The position numbers and the translations under genes were made by a program. The notes under the pieces were generated by a model that saw only the letters and a list, made by a program, of their open reading frames with translations, was not told the origin of the DNA and made no database searches. A DNA stretch of 64,000 nt from Octopus sinensis (taxonomy: Eukaryota): NCBI RefSeq assembly GCF_006345805.1, contig NW_021833013.1, positions 29,671 to 93,670 of the forward strand, in the 5' to 3' direction. Of the stretch, positions 51,945-64,000 are shown piece after piece (positions within the stretch are counted from its first letter, which is position 1; each line of letters begins with the position of its first letter).

Positions 51945-52070
51945 TGCCCCAGCTGTAATCTTGAGATGTCATCTTTGATTTTTTTATTGCCTCTGATAAT
52001 TTTGTATCGTCAGCATAGCTGGTAACTATGGCTGTCTGAGGGGCCTCTGGCATGTCTAAGAGGGCTACAA
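51945..52070 (-). mobile_element. CR1/L2-like reverse transcriptase fragment
   Basis: LLDMPEAPQTAIVTSYADDTKLSEAIK; YADD at 52006-52017. Confidence 0.75.
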
Positions 52071-52818
52071 ACACATACATACATAGAGACATATATGTAT
52101 CATCATCATCGTCATCGTCTTTAACGTCTGCTTCCATGCTGGCATGAATTGGACGGTTTGACTGAGGGCTGGCAAACCAGAAGGCTGCACCAGGCCCCAA
52201 TCTCATCTGGCAAAGTTTCTGCAGTTGGATACCATTCCTAATGCCAACCACTCCGAGAGTGAAGTCAGTGCTTTTTATGTGCCACAGGCATCAAGGCCAC
52301 TGAGGCAGTGCTGGCATCAAGCATGCTTGAATGATGCATTTTACGTGCCACCGTCACATACGTATGTAGTATACATTTATGTATGTTTTTGTGCCTGTGG
52401 CACATAAAAAGCACCCACTACACTCTCGGAGTGGTTGGCGTTAGGAAGGGCATCCAGCTGTAGAAACATTGCCAGATCAGACTGGAGCCTGGTGAAGCCT
52501 GCTCGAGTTCCCTTTGAAATTATTCTTGTGGTTTGGGCTTTAACTGCCCTCTCTAGCACGTAAGGTGTCCTGTTAAAGGTCACCTCTTTTGTGTATAAAT
52601 ATGTGCACAATTATATATATATATATATATATATTGGCTTCAAATTTTGGCACAAGGCCAGCAGATTTGTGGAATGTTACAGTTTTGATTGCATCAGTCC
52701 CAGTGGCCATCGTCCCTGAATGTGAATCTCCATGGGATTAGAACTCAGAACATAAAGTCAGATGAAAACACTGCTAAGCATTTTGCCTGGTGTACAACAT
52801 TCTGCCAGCTCACCCAAT

Positions 52819-52910
<92 letters not shown>

Positions 52911-52933
52911 GTTATATTATATATATATATGTG

Positions 52934-52993
<60 letters not shown>

Positions 52994-53248
52994 GTGTATA
53001 TATATATATATATGTGTGTATATATATATGTATATATATGTATATATATGTATATATATATTACACACACATGTATATACGTTTATATATACACGTATAT
53101 ATATATACACACACACATATATATACATACATGTTTATATACACATAGTTGTATATATATACACACACACACACATATATATATATATACATGTATATAT
53201 ATACATATATACATATATATATTTACCTTTGTATATATACTTATTACA

Positions 53249-53282
<34 letters not shown>

Positions 53283-54749
53283 CTATATATGTATGTATAC
53301 AAATTTAAATGTTGAGGATGGGATTTTTCCATATAAAGAAAGAAGGCAAAATAAGTGAATATGATTGGTTCAGAAACATGAAACACTTGAATGGAAATGC
53401 ATGGGAGGTGGTGGTGGTGGCCATGTTGGAGAGGATGTAAAGAGAGAAAGAAAGAATATAGAATTGGACGGGAGGTGGGGAGAGAGTGTCATTCATATAG
53501 TCTGTGGCAATCTGAGATAGGCGTGTCGATGTAATCTGGCTAACATATACTACAACACACCAACATATACACACACATACCTATACACTACAACAGACAC
53601 ATACTTTTAAACCAAGATACATACCCATGACAAGGTAACACCCACCAGGTGTCTAGAAACTTCTTCCTGGTAGATTATAAATATAGCTGTAAGTGCAGCA
53701 CACTAGCCAAACCATTGCCACTTTTGCATGATATTTCTGAGAGAGACAAAGTCTTCAGGCTAGAATAAACACCTCAACACAAATAATCCAGGTAATTATT
53801 TTATTTAATACGCAATTTACCAATACACTTCGTTAAAGCTTCATTAGAACTATTTCAAACATAAACTTTTATATTGGAATTTGTTTTATTTTCAGGCAGT
53901 ATTTTTTTAGACCAGAAACTTTTCAAAGATTTTACACTGTTACATTACAAGTAAAAATTTTCATTTCTAGAATATAAAATAAAGTATAGTTTGGTTATGA
54001 CTATGTCAAAACTATTTAATGGAAATTAGAGGAATGGATATGTTCATCTAAGGATACACAATTTTAGGTAGTTTACAGTGGATTTCTAATTCTCAAGTGA
54101 AATTTAAAATTTGTAAATTAATTTTATGGCTGTTAAATTATTAGTTTTTTGTAAACTTAATCTTTTAAAAGCTTAGCAAGGGAGAAGGGCCCTGCCGATG
54201 GTCCTTTATATTTCCAGAGACATTCTCAAAACAAGAGACCTAACATGAATGCATACAACAGAGAAATCCTCTCCTAAAAAGCATCTCAAGGGCCAGGTGA
54301 TGGTGTTGAAAAAGGTGAAAGATTAAGTCTGCAACCCAGGGAGGCAACAAAAGGATTTGAACTCAGATCATAAAGAACCACATTAAATACTACAAGGCAT
54401 CTTGTCAAATATATAAATCCATCAGACCACCACCTCAGACTGGCATTTTAATTATCGACCCTTGCATAATAAAAAATCAAAATTAATCTCGGCAGGATTT
54501 GAACTCAGCAGACAAAGAGTTCGTATAAATACCACAAGGTAGTGTGTGTGTGTAGCTATATACGTATACAAATTTCAATATTGAGGATCGGATTTTTCCA
54601 TAAAAAGAAAGAAAGCAAAATAAGTAAAAAACAAATTTATAGCCTGATTAAGTTTGTGTCTAAGTCCAACGTTCTAACGACTCTACTAACACAATGTAAC
54701 ACATGTTTTGTTTATTTGTATTTTTTAATGTTCATATAAGCATTTTTTG

Positions 54750-56050
54750 CCACTAAATTCAAAAATCACATTCATTTTTACCTAACATCGATAGTTATTT
54801 ATTTATTCCTAATTTCATATTTGCTCGTTATATTTGTAACTTTTCTCTACAGCACTTTGTTAGTTCAATCTATTCTAGTATTGTAAGGATAATTACACAA
54901 CATTTAGTAATTTTTCATTTATTGAAAAGTATTTAGGAAGTATAATATTAATTACAACAAAAAGAAACAATAAAACTCTGCACTGTAAATGCCTTGATAA
55001 CTCTTTTCTTAAGATGAGAAGTGCTTTGACGATAGAGATTTTCTAGAGTGTATACCTTCATCTCTTCTGACTAGAGACCATATATAATCTCCCATCATAG
55101 CAGTATCCCATCGTCCTTGGTATCTTCGTTCCATAGTTGCGACGTCCTGATTAAATCTCTCACCATGATCCTCACTTCATGGCATTTCCAGTTCACAGAT
55201 GTCTTGCAGTCTTCCCCCAGTAGATCCATCCATTCCTTCAACCTTGATGAAACAAGTTCAACTCCTGACTTAGTAAGACCCAGATCCCTGATTAAATCAT
55301 CTAGCTCACTCTGATTTGGAAGGTGAGGCTCTGAAGTCGTTCATGGTACGAAAGCTTCCGCCATTTCTTGGCTTCTACTACTTGTTGACTCTTCAGATGA
55401 AATATTTTCTGGTGGTAGTGGTACTCGTAAACTGTCAGGTGCTCTAGATGATGGTATGTCTGGACACTGAAGAGATTGTCTTCTTTTCACTTTTCTGTAC
55501 TTTGTCACATAGATCATACAAAAGTAACAGTAATCGTGATGGTTCTTTGGCTCTCTCCATACCCTTGGAATGGCAAAAGGCATTGACCTTCCTGGACCTC
55601 TTAACCATCATTCTAGAGTAGACTGACAGCTTCCACATATCACATGTGGGGGCCCGTGGTTTGTCCTAGTTACCCATGGGCATTCCGAAATCGTCTGTAC
55701 GCTATCCACAATTTGGCACCTTTCACAATCTTATGTAATACCTGCTTTTTTCCAATATAATAACCACACACATAGCAAAATGTATCTGGAGAATTTTTAC
55801 ATATTCTAGAAGCCATCCTGAAAGTAGCACAACTTAGTAATTGGTCTGAAAGGGAAAATTAGACATACATTAGTTAGCGGAACATTATAACAATACCGAA
55901 TATATAATAACATTGAAAGTCGACATATTTTTTTAACTGTTGATGAGACACAAAAAATAATTTCATTTTTGGAATCAGCAGAAAAAATAGATTGATAAAC
56001 AATAAAAAAAATACAATTAACAAATTTTTTTGAAAATTGTTACGTTGTGT
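54750..56050 (-). mobile_element. Chapaev3-like (CMC) DNA transposon, internally deleted; transposase remnant 55816-55009
   Basis: MASRICKNSPDTFCYVCG, MPFAIPRVWREPKNHHDYCYFC, QSELDDLIRDLGLTK, then directly SEDHGERFNQDVATMERRYQGRW. Family assignment is from remembered motifs; ends approximate. Confidence 0.7.
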
Positions 56051-58348
56051 AATTGATCTTTTTCTTCTTTCAATCAATGAAATATTTTTTTTTACTGATT
56101 TTGATTTTAATATTAAACTTTGTATATAAATGGAATTGTTCTGGTGATTTCATTTCTATTTTATATCTTGAAGCAAACAAGAAGAATTGTTTAAATATTA
56201 AACAATTTGGTGACAACATATATTTTCTCTCTCAGCACATCTTTATCCTACATCAACATTTTAATGTGCAATGCATTAAATATGTTTTCTCACCATCTTC
56301 GATATTATTTATCAGATGGATGGCTTCTGGGAAATATTTCACATTGTCTGCATTTAATATAAACTCTATTACAAACCAACAACAAGGTCCCCCCCAAAAA
56401 TGCCCTTAAAAACATATTAGATAATAACACATTGGTGAGGTCATGGCTAGAATGTCTGACTATAGGGTGACTAGATAAGAATTAACTTTCATCAACAGAA
56501 GCCATAATTTTAATTGATTTTAAACAAATATATTTGTTACATTTCAAATATAATTTTTATAAAAATAATTTTAATATTTCAACTTTATAAATTGTATTCT
56601 GACATTATAAAAGTTAAACATCCTATTAAATTTAAAAAGATTATAGTTTTGATATATTTTTATAAATTACATTTAAATATTGTATTTGAAGGAATAATCT
56701 ATGTTATAATTTGGTAAATTCAGAAATATTCTTGGAGATTTGTGTGGAATTATCAGCTTGGTTGAGAAATAGAATAGTGATGGTTTTTTTATAGAAACCA
56801 GAAAATGTAACTTCAGGCAAGATATTCTCTGGAAAGTGGGGGTAAAATGATGATGATCATACATACATACAGACGTATGGATGTATAAATATACATATGT
56901 GCATCTTCTTTCTTTGTCTATATATTATACACATTCATTCATATATATGTATGCATGTGTATATAAATACAAACACAATTAGATTAAAGTCTATATAATT
57001 ATATGAGGGTTTTGTAGGTTTTTCTTCCCCAAAATAAACCAAGTAGAATGGCACAAATGAAACATAAACATTCATTCCAATTTAATTTTACAATGGAAAT
57101 ATTTTCAATTATCTGCCTTTCTCTTTATAAACTTTGTTGCCTACAACAACAGCAATAACAACAACATATCCTTATCCAGCTTTTCCCCAAAAATATGTTG
57201 TTGTTTAGTCCATGTATATTCAAAGAGCTGACATCCTGAAGAAGGTCTCTTTTACTTTTCATTCCTCCTGGGGTCAATAGAGTAACAGTCATTATTTCAT
57301 AGACCAAGGAGGGGTGGAGGATCATTCTGATAATGATGGGTCACCACAATGTCATTAAACACCCCCACCAATATTACCTAATCCACCTCATTAAACCCCC
57401 AATACTTCATAATAAACTACACCAAGTTATAACTCCTCACCTGACACAAAACAAAACACACTTCACCTGCCAAACCCCTTTTCATACAACACATCTTTCT
57501 CATTGCTACCCAAACATTGTCCTTATATTAAGATAATTAAGATGAACCTACCTTCATTAATTGGGCTTATTCATTAACCAATCTTTATTAATCTCAATTA
57601 GCAACAAATAATAACGATCCTCTCAACATGCTGTCTATCAGTGTGATTATATGAAAGCCCATCTTTGGATAAGCTTTCCGAGTTAATCATGTTGTGTATG
57701 ATATTGTGTGGATTATATTGAAATGTCCAGAGATTTACACATCATTGTCAGGTTAAGAACAGTTTCATCTCCAGCTTTATTCGTATCTGTGAATCCAGGT
57801 AAATATGATGGAAACCAAGCCAACCATGACTGTCCCATCATTAGTAATACTTGTATCTGACAAATGTCTATGAAACCTAATAAAGTCTATGTTTTGCTAA
57901 TTGTTCCATGTTAACGAAGTTTGAACATGATTGCTGTGTGTTGGGACATAATATAGCATGTACACCAATTAAAGTTAATTTTCTCTACAGCTTAGAGTGT
58001 CTCGTTATTGAGTGCTTTTGGAGCAGGGGAATCTCTTTGACTAATTATCGTTAAATAAATCTAAGCCACACATGACTATTTCTTTGTGATGTTGAGAGCA
58101 AATATCATTTCCAGTGAAAATAATTATTTCTAATATTTAGACTCCATGTAATTAATGACACTATTAATACATCTTAGAATAGATTGTAATAAGTTGTTTA
58201 AATATTAATTAGACAAGATTAATTAACTGACAGAAATACATAAATGTTTTGTTTGTGTTTTTCAAATGATGAAGCAAACATCATCTCCCTGAAACTTTAA
58301 TATTTTCACAAGCTAAATGTTTTCCTTATATTTCTTTACAGATTCACT

Positions 58349-61300
58349 ATGGAAGTCCAAAATACTTTAAGAAAACTTACCCCTCAGAAAAGAGCTTTAA
58401 GGAACTCGACACCAAAGGGGATAAAGAAGAGTTGAGAAGAAAAGGTGTAATATGAGAAGAGATGACGGTTCAAGGAGAGAAATATCCGAGAAACGATCTT
58501 CATCTCAGCCAACAACAAAACAAAAAAGACATAAAGGAGACCCTAAAACTGGAAATAATGGGAAGACGAAATATTTTGGACAAACACATATTTTATACAA
58601 GATTCAATGCCTATGAGGACAAAATTGATTTGTTGATAATTCTCGGAAAGAAATATGTACTTTTAAAAAGAATAGGAATGGATGAAAATACTTTTCTAAA
58701 CATTTTACACAGAGAATAGAAATTTTTCAGAAAAACATTAAGGAATACATTTACAGCCAAGACTTTACTATGTTTGGAAAACTGGAATTATTTTTGGAAA
58801 ACTATTTAAAGACAAATGTTTTACAAGACAAACACAAAACCATTGGACCACCAAAAGTAACCACAAAATTTCGGCCTCTTCGACCAGTTGTGACCAGAGA
58901 AGCAAAGGTAGAAGTATCTGGTGAAGACTTAAGCAACCCAGTATCCAATATTGTTGTCATACAAGGGGGTATTGTAACATATTCCCGCCATTGTATGACA
59001 ATATGTTGCATAACAAGAGATGGCAACAGAAATGAAGTTCATTGCTCATCTTCCGTCACTGATTTTACCAGAATCAGTGAAGACACAGTCCTCGCCACCC
59101 TCCCATTTCGAAAGATGATTCTTATTATCAACCCTTTAAGTTTGGAAATCAAAAGATTCAGCTAGGATTAATCTTGGTTTCTTATTTGGAACATTCTACG
59201 CTTATAGTGTAGAACTGTTTGGTCGGACCATATACGTCATTGACTGGGAAGAGAATAGAATAAAATACGAATTCATAACCAAGAAACCCCTTCAGATATT
59301 GCTGTAGGAGCACAAAACAAACTCTTAGTATCCTTTTCCAATATAACAGGGTTACCTGTTACAATGTGGATGGCCAGCAGTTATTTGAGGTGGATACCAA
59401 TTCCCTGGACATTCCAAGCCACATCTCTGTGTACCAAAACCATTTTTATGTCCTCCAGGGACATATTATTTATCGGATTTCAGGTACAGGTGCTGTGACA
59501 ACAAGAGAAATTGGCATGAAATCCGCCATATTTCTGTTGGCAAAGAAAACATTTTTGTAACCGATTATTTTGATGTCCTTCATATCATTGGAACAAATGA
59601 AGACTTTTGGCTCAGGCAGTCATATAACCACCAGCTATGGACCCCAACATTGTACACTATATTTATATTGAGGATTGCTACAACATTACTGAATATCCTA
59701 CCTATGTCTACATCTTCTATATTAATATTCTACAAGAATAAAAAGCTATATTATTCACTGAGACTGGAGAAATAATTAACCAAAATAATTCAACTTGCCT
59801 TGAGATTCCTTCTTGCTTTTGTAGAATGAATTCTAAAGGATTTCTGGTGTTTTACCGTGAAAACAAAGAATTTCAGTATATCACATGCCCTGGGCTAATG
59901 AAAGGCCCTTTAATGAAAGTCCATACTGATTACATTAAACTATGTCATATTGTATCAAATAAGTGTTTATCTCTAACCACAAATGGAAACAAACATGAGG
60001 TCCATATCCTCTTGATCAAGGATGATAAAGTTGACATTGCAGAAAGAATTTCTCTGGGACATCATAATGTCAGCATTGCTGCAACTCCAATTAATTTTGT
60101 AGTCGTAGATGGAAGCGAAAATAAAATGGTATTTTATTCCACATGTGGTGAAGAACTTTTTCAAAAATACCTTCCATTCTATGGCTACCCTCATCACATC
60201 TACTCTGATAATGTTTATTTCTATGTCCTCTTCAGGAGACACTCTATTCTCAGATGTTACGATCTATATGGAGAAATGAAATGGCAGTGGGAACTGCCTT
60301 CCCTGTTCACCCTCACATTGCTGTTTTCCAAGGAACTCTTTATGTCCGGACACTCAACTCAACAGGGTTCTTCTTTACAAGAATCAAGACCGGTCGTCTG
60401 GCTGTTGTTTACACACGAAAAATCCTTACATCAGAAATCTAAATCTACGACTCAAAGAAAAGAAGAATGACCAAAAACTTGTCATTGGCGAAATATGTAA
60501 TCTGTCCAACGGACAGTTGGTGGTGTCTGACATCAAGCATGATTGCTTGTTGTACATTTCTCAGGAAGGAGACATTGTGTCCAGATTATCTCTGCCGTCT
60601 ACAGCTACAGATATATGTCGATGGGATTCTAATCATATAGGGGTCACATTGCCTCTACAGAAACAATTAAGGGTCATCGGAAACCTATCAAAGACAGTGA
60701 GAAGTGTATCATTAAGGCAGCCTTATGTACGGGTGTGTAAGATGGGTGAAGGTGAAATTGTTTGTTATTGTGATAAACCATCACATTTAGACATTTTAGC
60801 CATCAATTATTATAATCAAGTTGAAGTAATTAAGACAATTAATATCCCTGTTTTTGTGAAATCATTATCAATAGACAAGAAAACAGAAAAGCTATTAATT
60901 GTTACTAAGGAAAAAGCTTTTCAGTACAACACTAGAATAGGTGGTGGTGGTCATGGCGGTCGTCAAATGGTCCCCAGTGTTTTAATGTCCCAAGTGAAAC
61001 GTCCCCTCAGTCTCCAAGGTGGATCTATTGACCAAACGTCTGTTTATCTGATAGACAGAAGCCGTATGTTTGCCATAAACGATCAGAATTTGTTGGTTAA
61101 TGATCTCGTTACTAATAATCAACTTAATTATTATATCGACCTGGTGGATGTATTTTCCAGAAACATTTCTCTCAGTGAAATTTTGTCTTCCACTTTATAT
61201 CTACAGGACCTGACAGTTTCTGATAAAGCCAGACATATTCCTCTCCCTAAACATTTGGGAGACAAAGAACCAGCGGAGATTATATCTTTGGTTCTTACTG

Positions 61301-63692
61301 AAAATAATCTGATTGCAGGATGTGACGAGAGTAATGGAAACATTAAGATATTGACATTGGATGGTCACATTTTGGATTCAATCAAAGTGAATGTTTATGG
61401 AGATATTAAAATGTGTCGATGGCAGTCAAACACACTGGTCATTATGAATAGGGATCTTTATAATAAACCCCAACTGTTGACATTAAAAGTGGAATTTCCA
61501 TTGTTGTTGGTAATTTACCAAACGAAAAATAATTATGATTGTGTGACTTCTTTATCAAACAATCAACTGGTTTTTAGTAAATGGGGAGATGGAGGTCATT
61601 TGTATTTTGTTGATATTGATGAAATACATTCGAGTGTGAAGGAAATAAAAAAAATAGACATACCTGAACCATTAATAAGGAGAAAAGAAGATGGAAATTA
61701 TTTTGATAGAATCATGGATATTAAAGTTACTGATGAAGATGTCATCATTGTCTTCAACATGAGATTCATCATTTTCTTTAACAGTGGTGGTCAATATTTA
61801 CATTCAGTTAGACATTACATGAAGTATTTTGGCGATGATGATGACAGGATGACAATTGATGATAGTTTTTTGTACATTTATGGTCAGTGGGAGAAATGTT
61901 TAGCTTTCTCAAGATATAAAAACATTTTGTGTTTGACCCAGAATGGGGAATACAAGAGAATATTTTTAAATGAAAGAATTTATCAAGATGAAGTAGATTT
62001 CTCCAGTATAGACTGTAAAGGACCAAGGTTTGTTGGAAGCCCCTGGAGGGGAGAAAGGAATGAATTGTATGTTGAAGGGTTGTTTATGGTGAATCGAGAC
62101 AGCTTCCCGGTTGCTCGTTTACAAACAGACGAATGTCCTGTTCAAGTAAAAGATTTTGATGTCTCTGAGGAAGGAAAGACAGTTGTGTGTGAAAAAGCCA
62201 ATAATGGAAATGTTAAAATATTCGATGAAGACGGCCAGTTGCTATGTCACAGAAATGTTGCAAGTTTAGTTGGTGGTGTGTTTTACACAAGAATCACACA
62301 TAATGGCCACGGTTCCTAAAAGGAAAGAAATATTTCAACTGAATGGAGAAGATTTGCAGACATCTCAAGTTTGTCGAGTCTCATCCCTTATGGTGTAATA
62401 TGGAGAAAAGTGGCGGGTATTTACTGGTGTGTACATAATGAATTGATTGAATGTCATTGCATAAAGATTGATGGGGACCAAGTGAACATTCTGGAATCTG
62501 TGTCATTATAATCTTGATTCTGGTCTTCGTTTCCCTTCCATTACATCTGAAACGAACAAGGAAATATTCAGTAATGAATTAATTAATAAATTGGAATACA
62601 GAGGAGGAGATGGAGATGGAGGAAGAAGAAGAGGTAAATCAGGTGAAATAATTGGTAAAGGTAGATTAAAGGTGAGATGTGGTAATTACATAGCGGAGAA
62701 TAATTCAGGAATTGATGAAATATCAGTGTGGAGACTTCCATATAGGACAGCAATGGTCCCTTTTTCCATTCCTGCATTCGAGGAACCTGTTGATTATGAT
62801 TATTGGGACATTAGGGACCGGAATAGTAAACTAATTAAGTTAGATGAGAATGTGAGTGTGTTGATGTTTCGAGAAAGTGTCACATTAATCAGAACAACAA
62901 CAACAACAGTGGACATACTTCAACATGAACAACAACAACGACCACCACTGGACATATGTCGGTGGACAGAGGAATGTTTCATTGTCGCCTTTGGGAGAGA
63001 AATGAGGGTCTTTAACAGGGATCTCCATCGTTTAAAAACCATCAGAACTGAGAAATACTACAACAGGATTTATAAATACAACGACAATCAACTCGTGTGT
63101 GGTGGTCATTATATTAGAGACATAACTCAAGAAGAGAGACACAAGAAATACCAAAGAATATGGAGAAACAACAAGGATTACTATTTTTGCAAAGACCCCA
63201 ACATCTTTAACTCTTATTATGTGGATGTGGTTGATATCAAAGATGGGAAATGTAAAGATGAAGTGTGTCGTGGGAAATGGGGAGATAGGAAGGTTGGAGG
63301 GAGATGAAGGGGTGGATGATGTGGGAGTCACATCTTTTGGTGATGTTGTTGTTGTGAGGAGGGAGATGGAGAGAAGGGGTTGGAGATGGGAGTTTGTGTT
63401 TTGTGGAATGGTTCAGGGAAAAGTCTTTGGTGAGGAGGATAAGAATAAAGGAGGAATGTTTTATGGTCTGGGATATTATATTCCAAGACCTCGTCTGACC
63501 ATAATTGGTGAATGTGTTTATATAACAGATTTAATAAACAATATTTACGAAATACCTCGACATATTGAAGAGGAAACATCTGAAGATTATGAAATCCTGG
63601 GATTAAAGATAATCCAAAATATTTACTCCTCAGTGAGGATGATAATGAAGTCTTTGATGTTCTTGGCTTGGATGTTTCAGAAAATTCTTTGA
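58349..63692 (+). CDS. Large single-exon gene (or recent pseudogene) for a multi-NHL/beta-propeller protein, broken by many small frameshifts
   Basis: Acceptor tttctttacAG at 58340-58341 followed by ATG at 58349. Consecutive ORFs (58462, 58770, 59366, 59826, 60517, 62591, 63219) are joined by short frame changes. NHL-like blades include PSDIAVGAQNKLLVSF, ICNLSNGQLVVSD and ATDICRWDSNHIGVTLP. The interval has no SINEs or microsatellites. Confidence 0.65.
60517..62319 (+). CDS. Longest intact segment (600 aa) of the beta-propeller locus
   Basis: Uninterrupted non-repetitive ORF with repeated beta-strand blades and CRW motifs at 60610-60624 and 61408-61422. Confidence 0.8.
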   Translation: MVVSDIKHDCLLYISQEGDIVSRLSLPSTATDICRWDSNHIGVTLPLQKQLRVIGNLSKTVRSVSLRQPYVRVCKMGEGEIVCYCDKPSHLDILAINYYNQVEVIKTINIPVFVKSLSIDKKTEKLLIVTKEKAFQYNTRIGGGGHGGRQMVPSVLMSQVKRPLSLQGGSIDQTSVYLIDRSRMFAINDQNLLVNDLVTNNQLNYYIDLVDVFSRNISLSEILSSTLYLQDLTVSDKARHIPLPKHLGDKEPAEIISLVLTENNLIAGCDESNGNIKILTLDGHILDSIKVNVYGDIKMCRWQSNTLVIMNRDLYNKPQLLTLKVEFPLLLVIYQTKNNYDCVTSLSNNQLVFSKWGDGGHLYFVDIDEIHSSVKEIKKIDIPEPLIRRKEDGNYFDRIMDIKVTDEDVIIVFNMRFIIFFNSGGQYLHSVRHYMKYFGDDDDRMTIDDSFLYIYGQWEKCLAFSRYKNILCLTQNGEYKRIFLNERIYQDEVDFSSIDCKGPRFVGSPWRGERNELYVEGLFMVNRDSFPVARLQTDECPVQVKDFDVSEEGKTVVCEKANNGNVKIFDEDGQLLCHRNVASLVGGVFYTRITHNGHGS

Positions 63693-64000
63693 TGGTTTTT
63701 GGAATTATTCCTGGACGTCAATCTTTTGCTTTCTTTTATTTTGACAAATAAATATTTCCAGAAATATTAAACTTCAATCTTCTTCTTCTTATTGTTGTTG
63801 TTGTTGTAAATGGCTTCGCCCAGGAATCGAACCTGCATCGCATACATTGCATTCTACACATTAACACTTAGTGTTGTAACATTCCTCAACACTCTCTTTT
63901 GTGTGTGTATATTTATATACAGTATATGTACATGTTTTATATATATACACACATATTTAGGAATGTATGTATAGAAATAAGGCTATAAGTATGTATGTTT

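Overview
AT-rich, repeat-saturated animal genomic DNA. The SINE/retroposon families and microsatellite load look like octopus (coleoid cephalopod) sequence; this is my recognition, not a database result. There are no prokaryotic features, CRISPR arrays, rRNA or true tRNA genes. The window contains: (1) the 3' part of a spliced + strand gene I cannot name, with five phase-1 coding exons at 4304-4387, 6887-6994, 25527-25613, 35386-35586 and terminal 37584-37780, plus an uncertain segment at 9143-10039; (2) a ~5.3 kb, apparently intronless, multiply frameshifted + strand locus (58349-63692) encoding several tandem NHL-like beta-propellers; (3) many transposons: CORE-type and other tRNA-derived SINEs, a VNTR-bearing retroposon, piggyBac-like and hAT-like MITEs, a Helitron, mariner and Chapaev3-like transposase relics, RTE, CR1-like and R4/Dong-like LINE fragments, and a Penelope-like element with a seamless 5' inversion; (4) hammerhead ribozyme motifs, the best being a complete intronic sense-strand U3-A8 variant at 20049-20094; (5) recurrent fold-back palindromes inside (TA)n tracts; (6) very long microsatellites that explain almost all long ORFs in the track. 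Most repeat boundaries were read by eye and are approximate unless a TSD/TIR is quoted.
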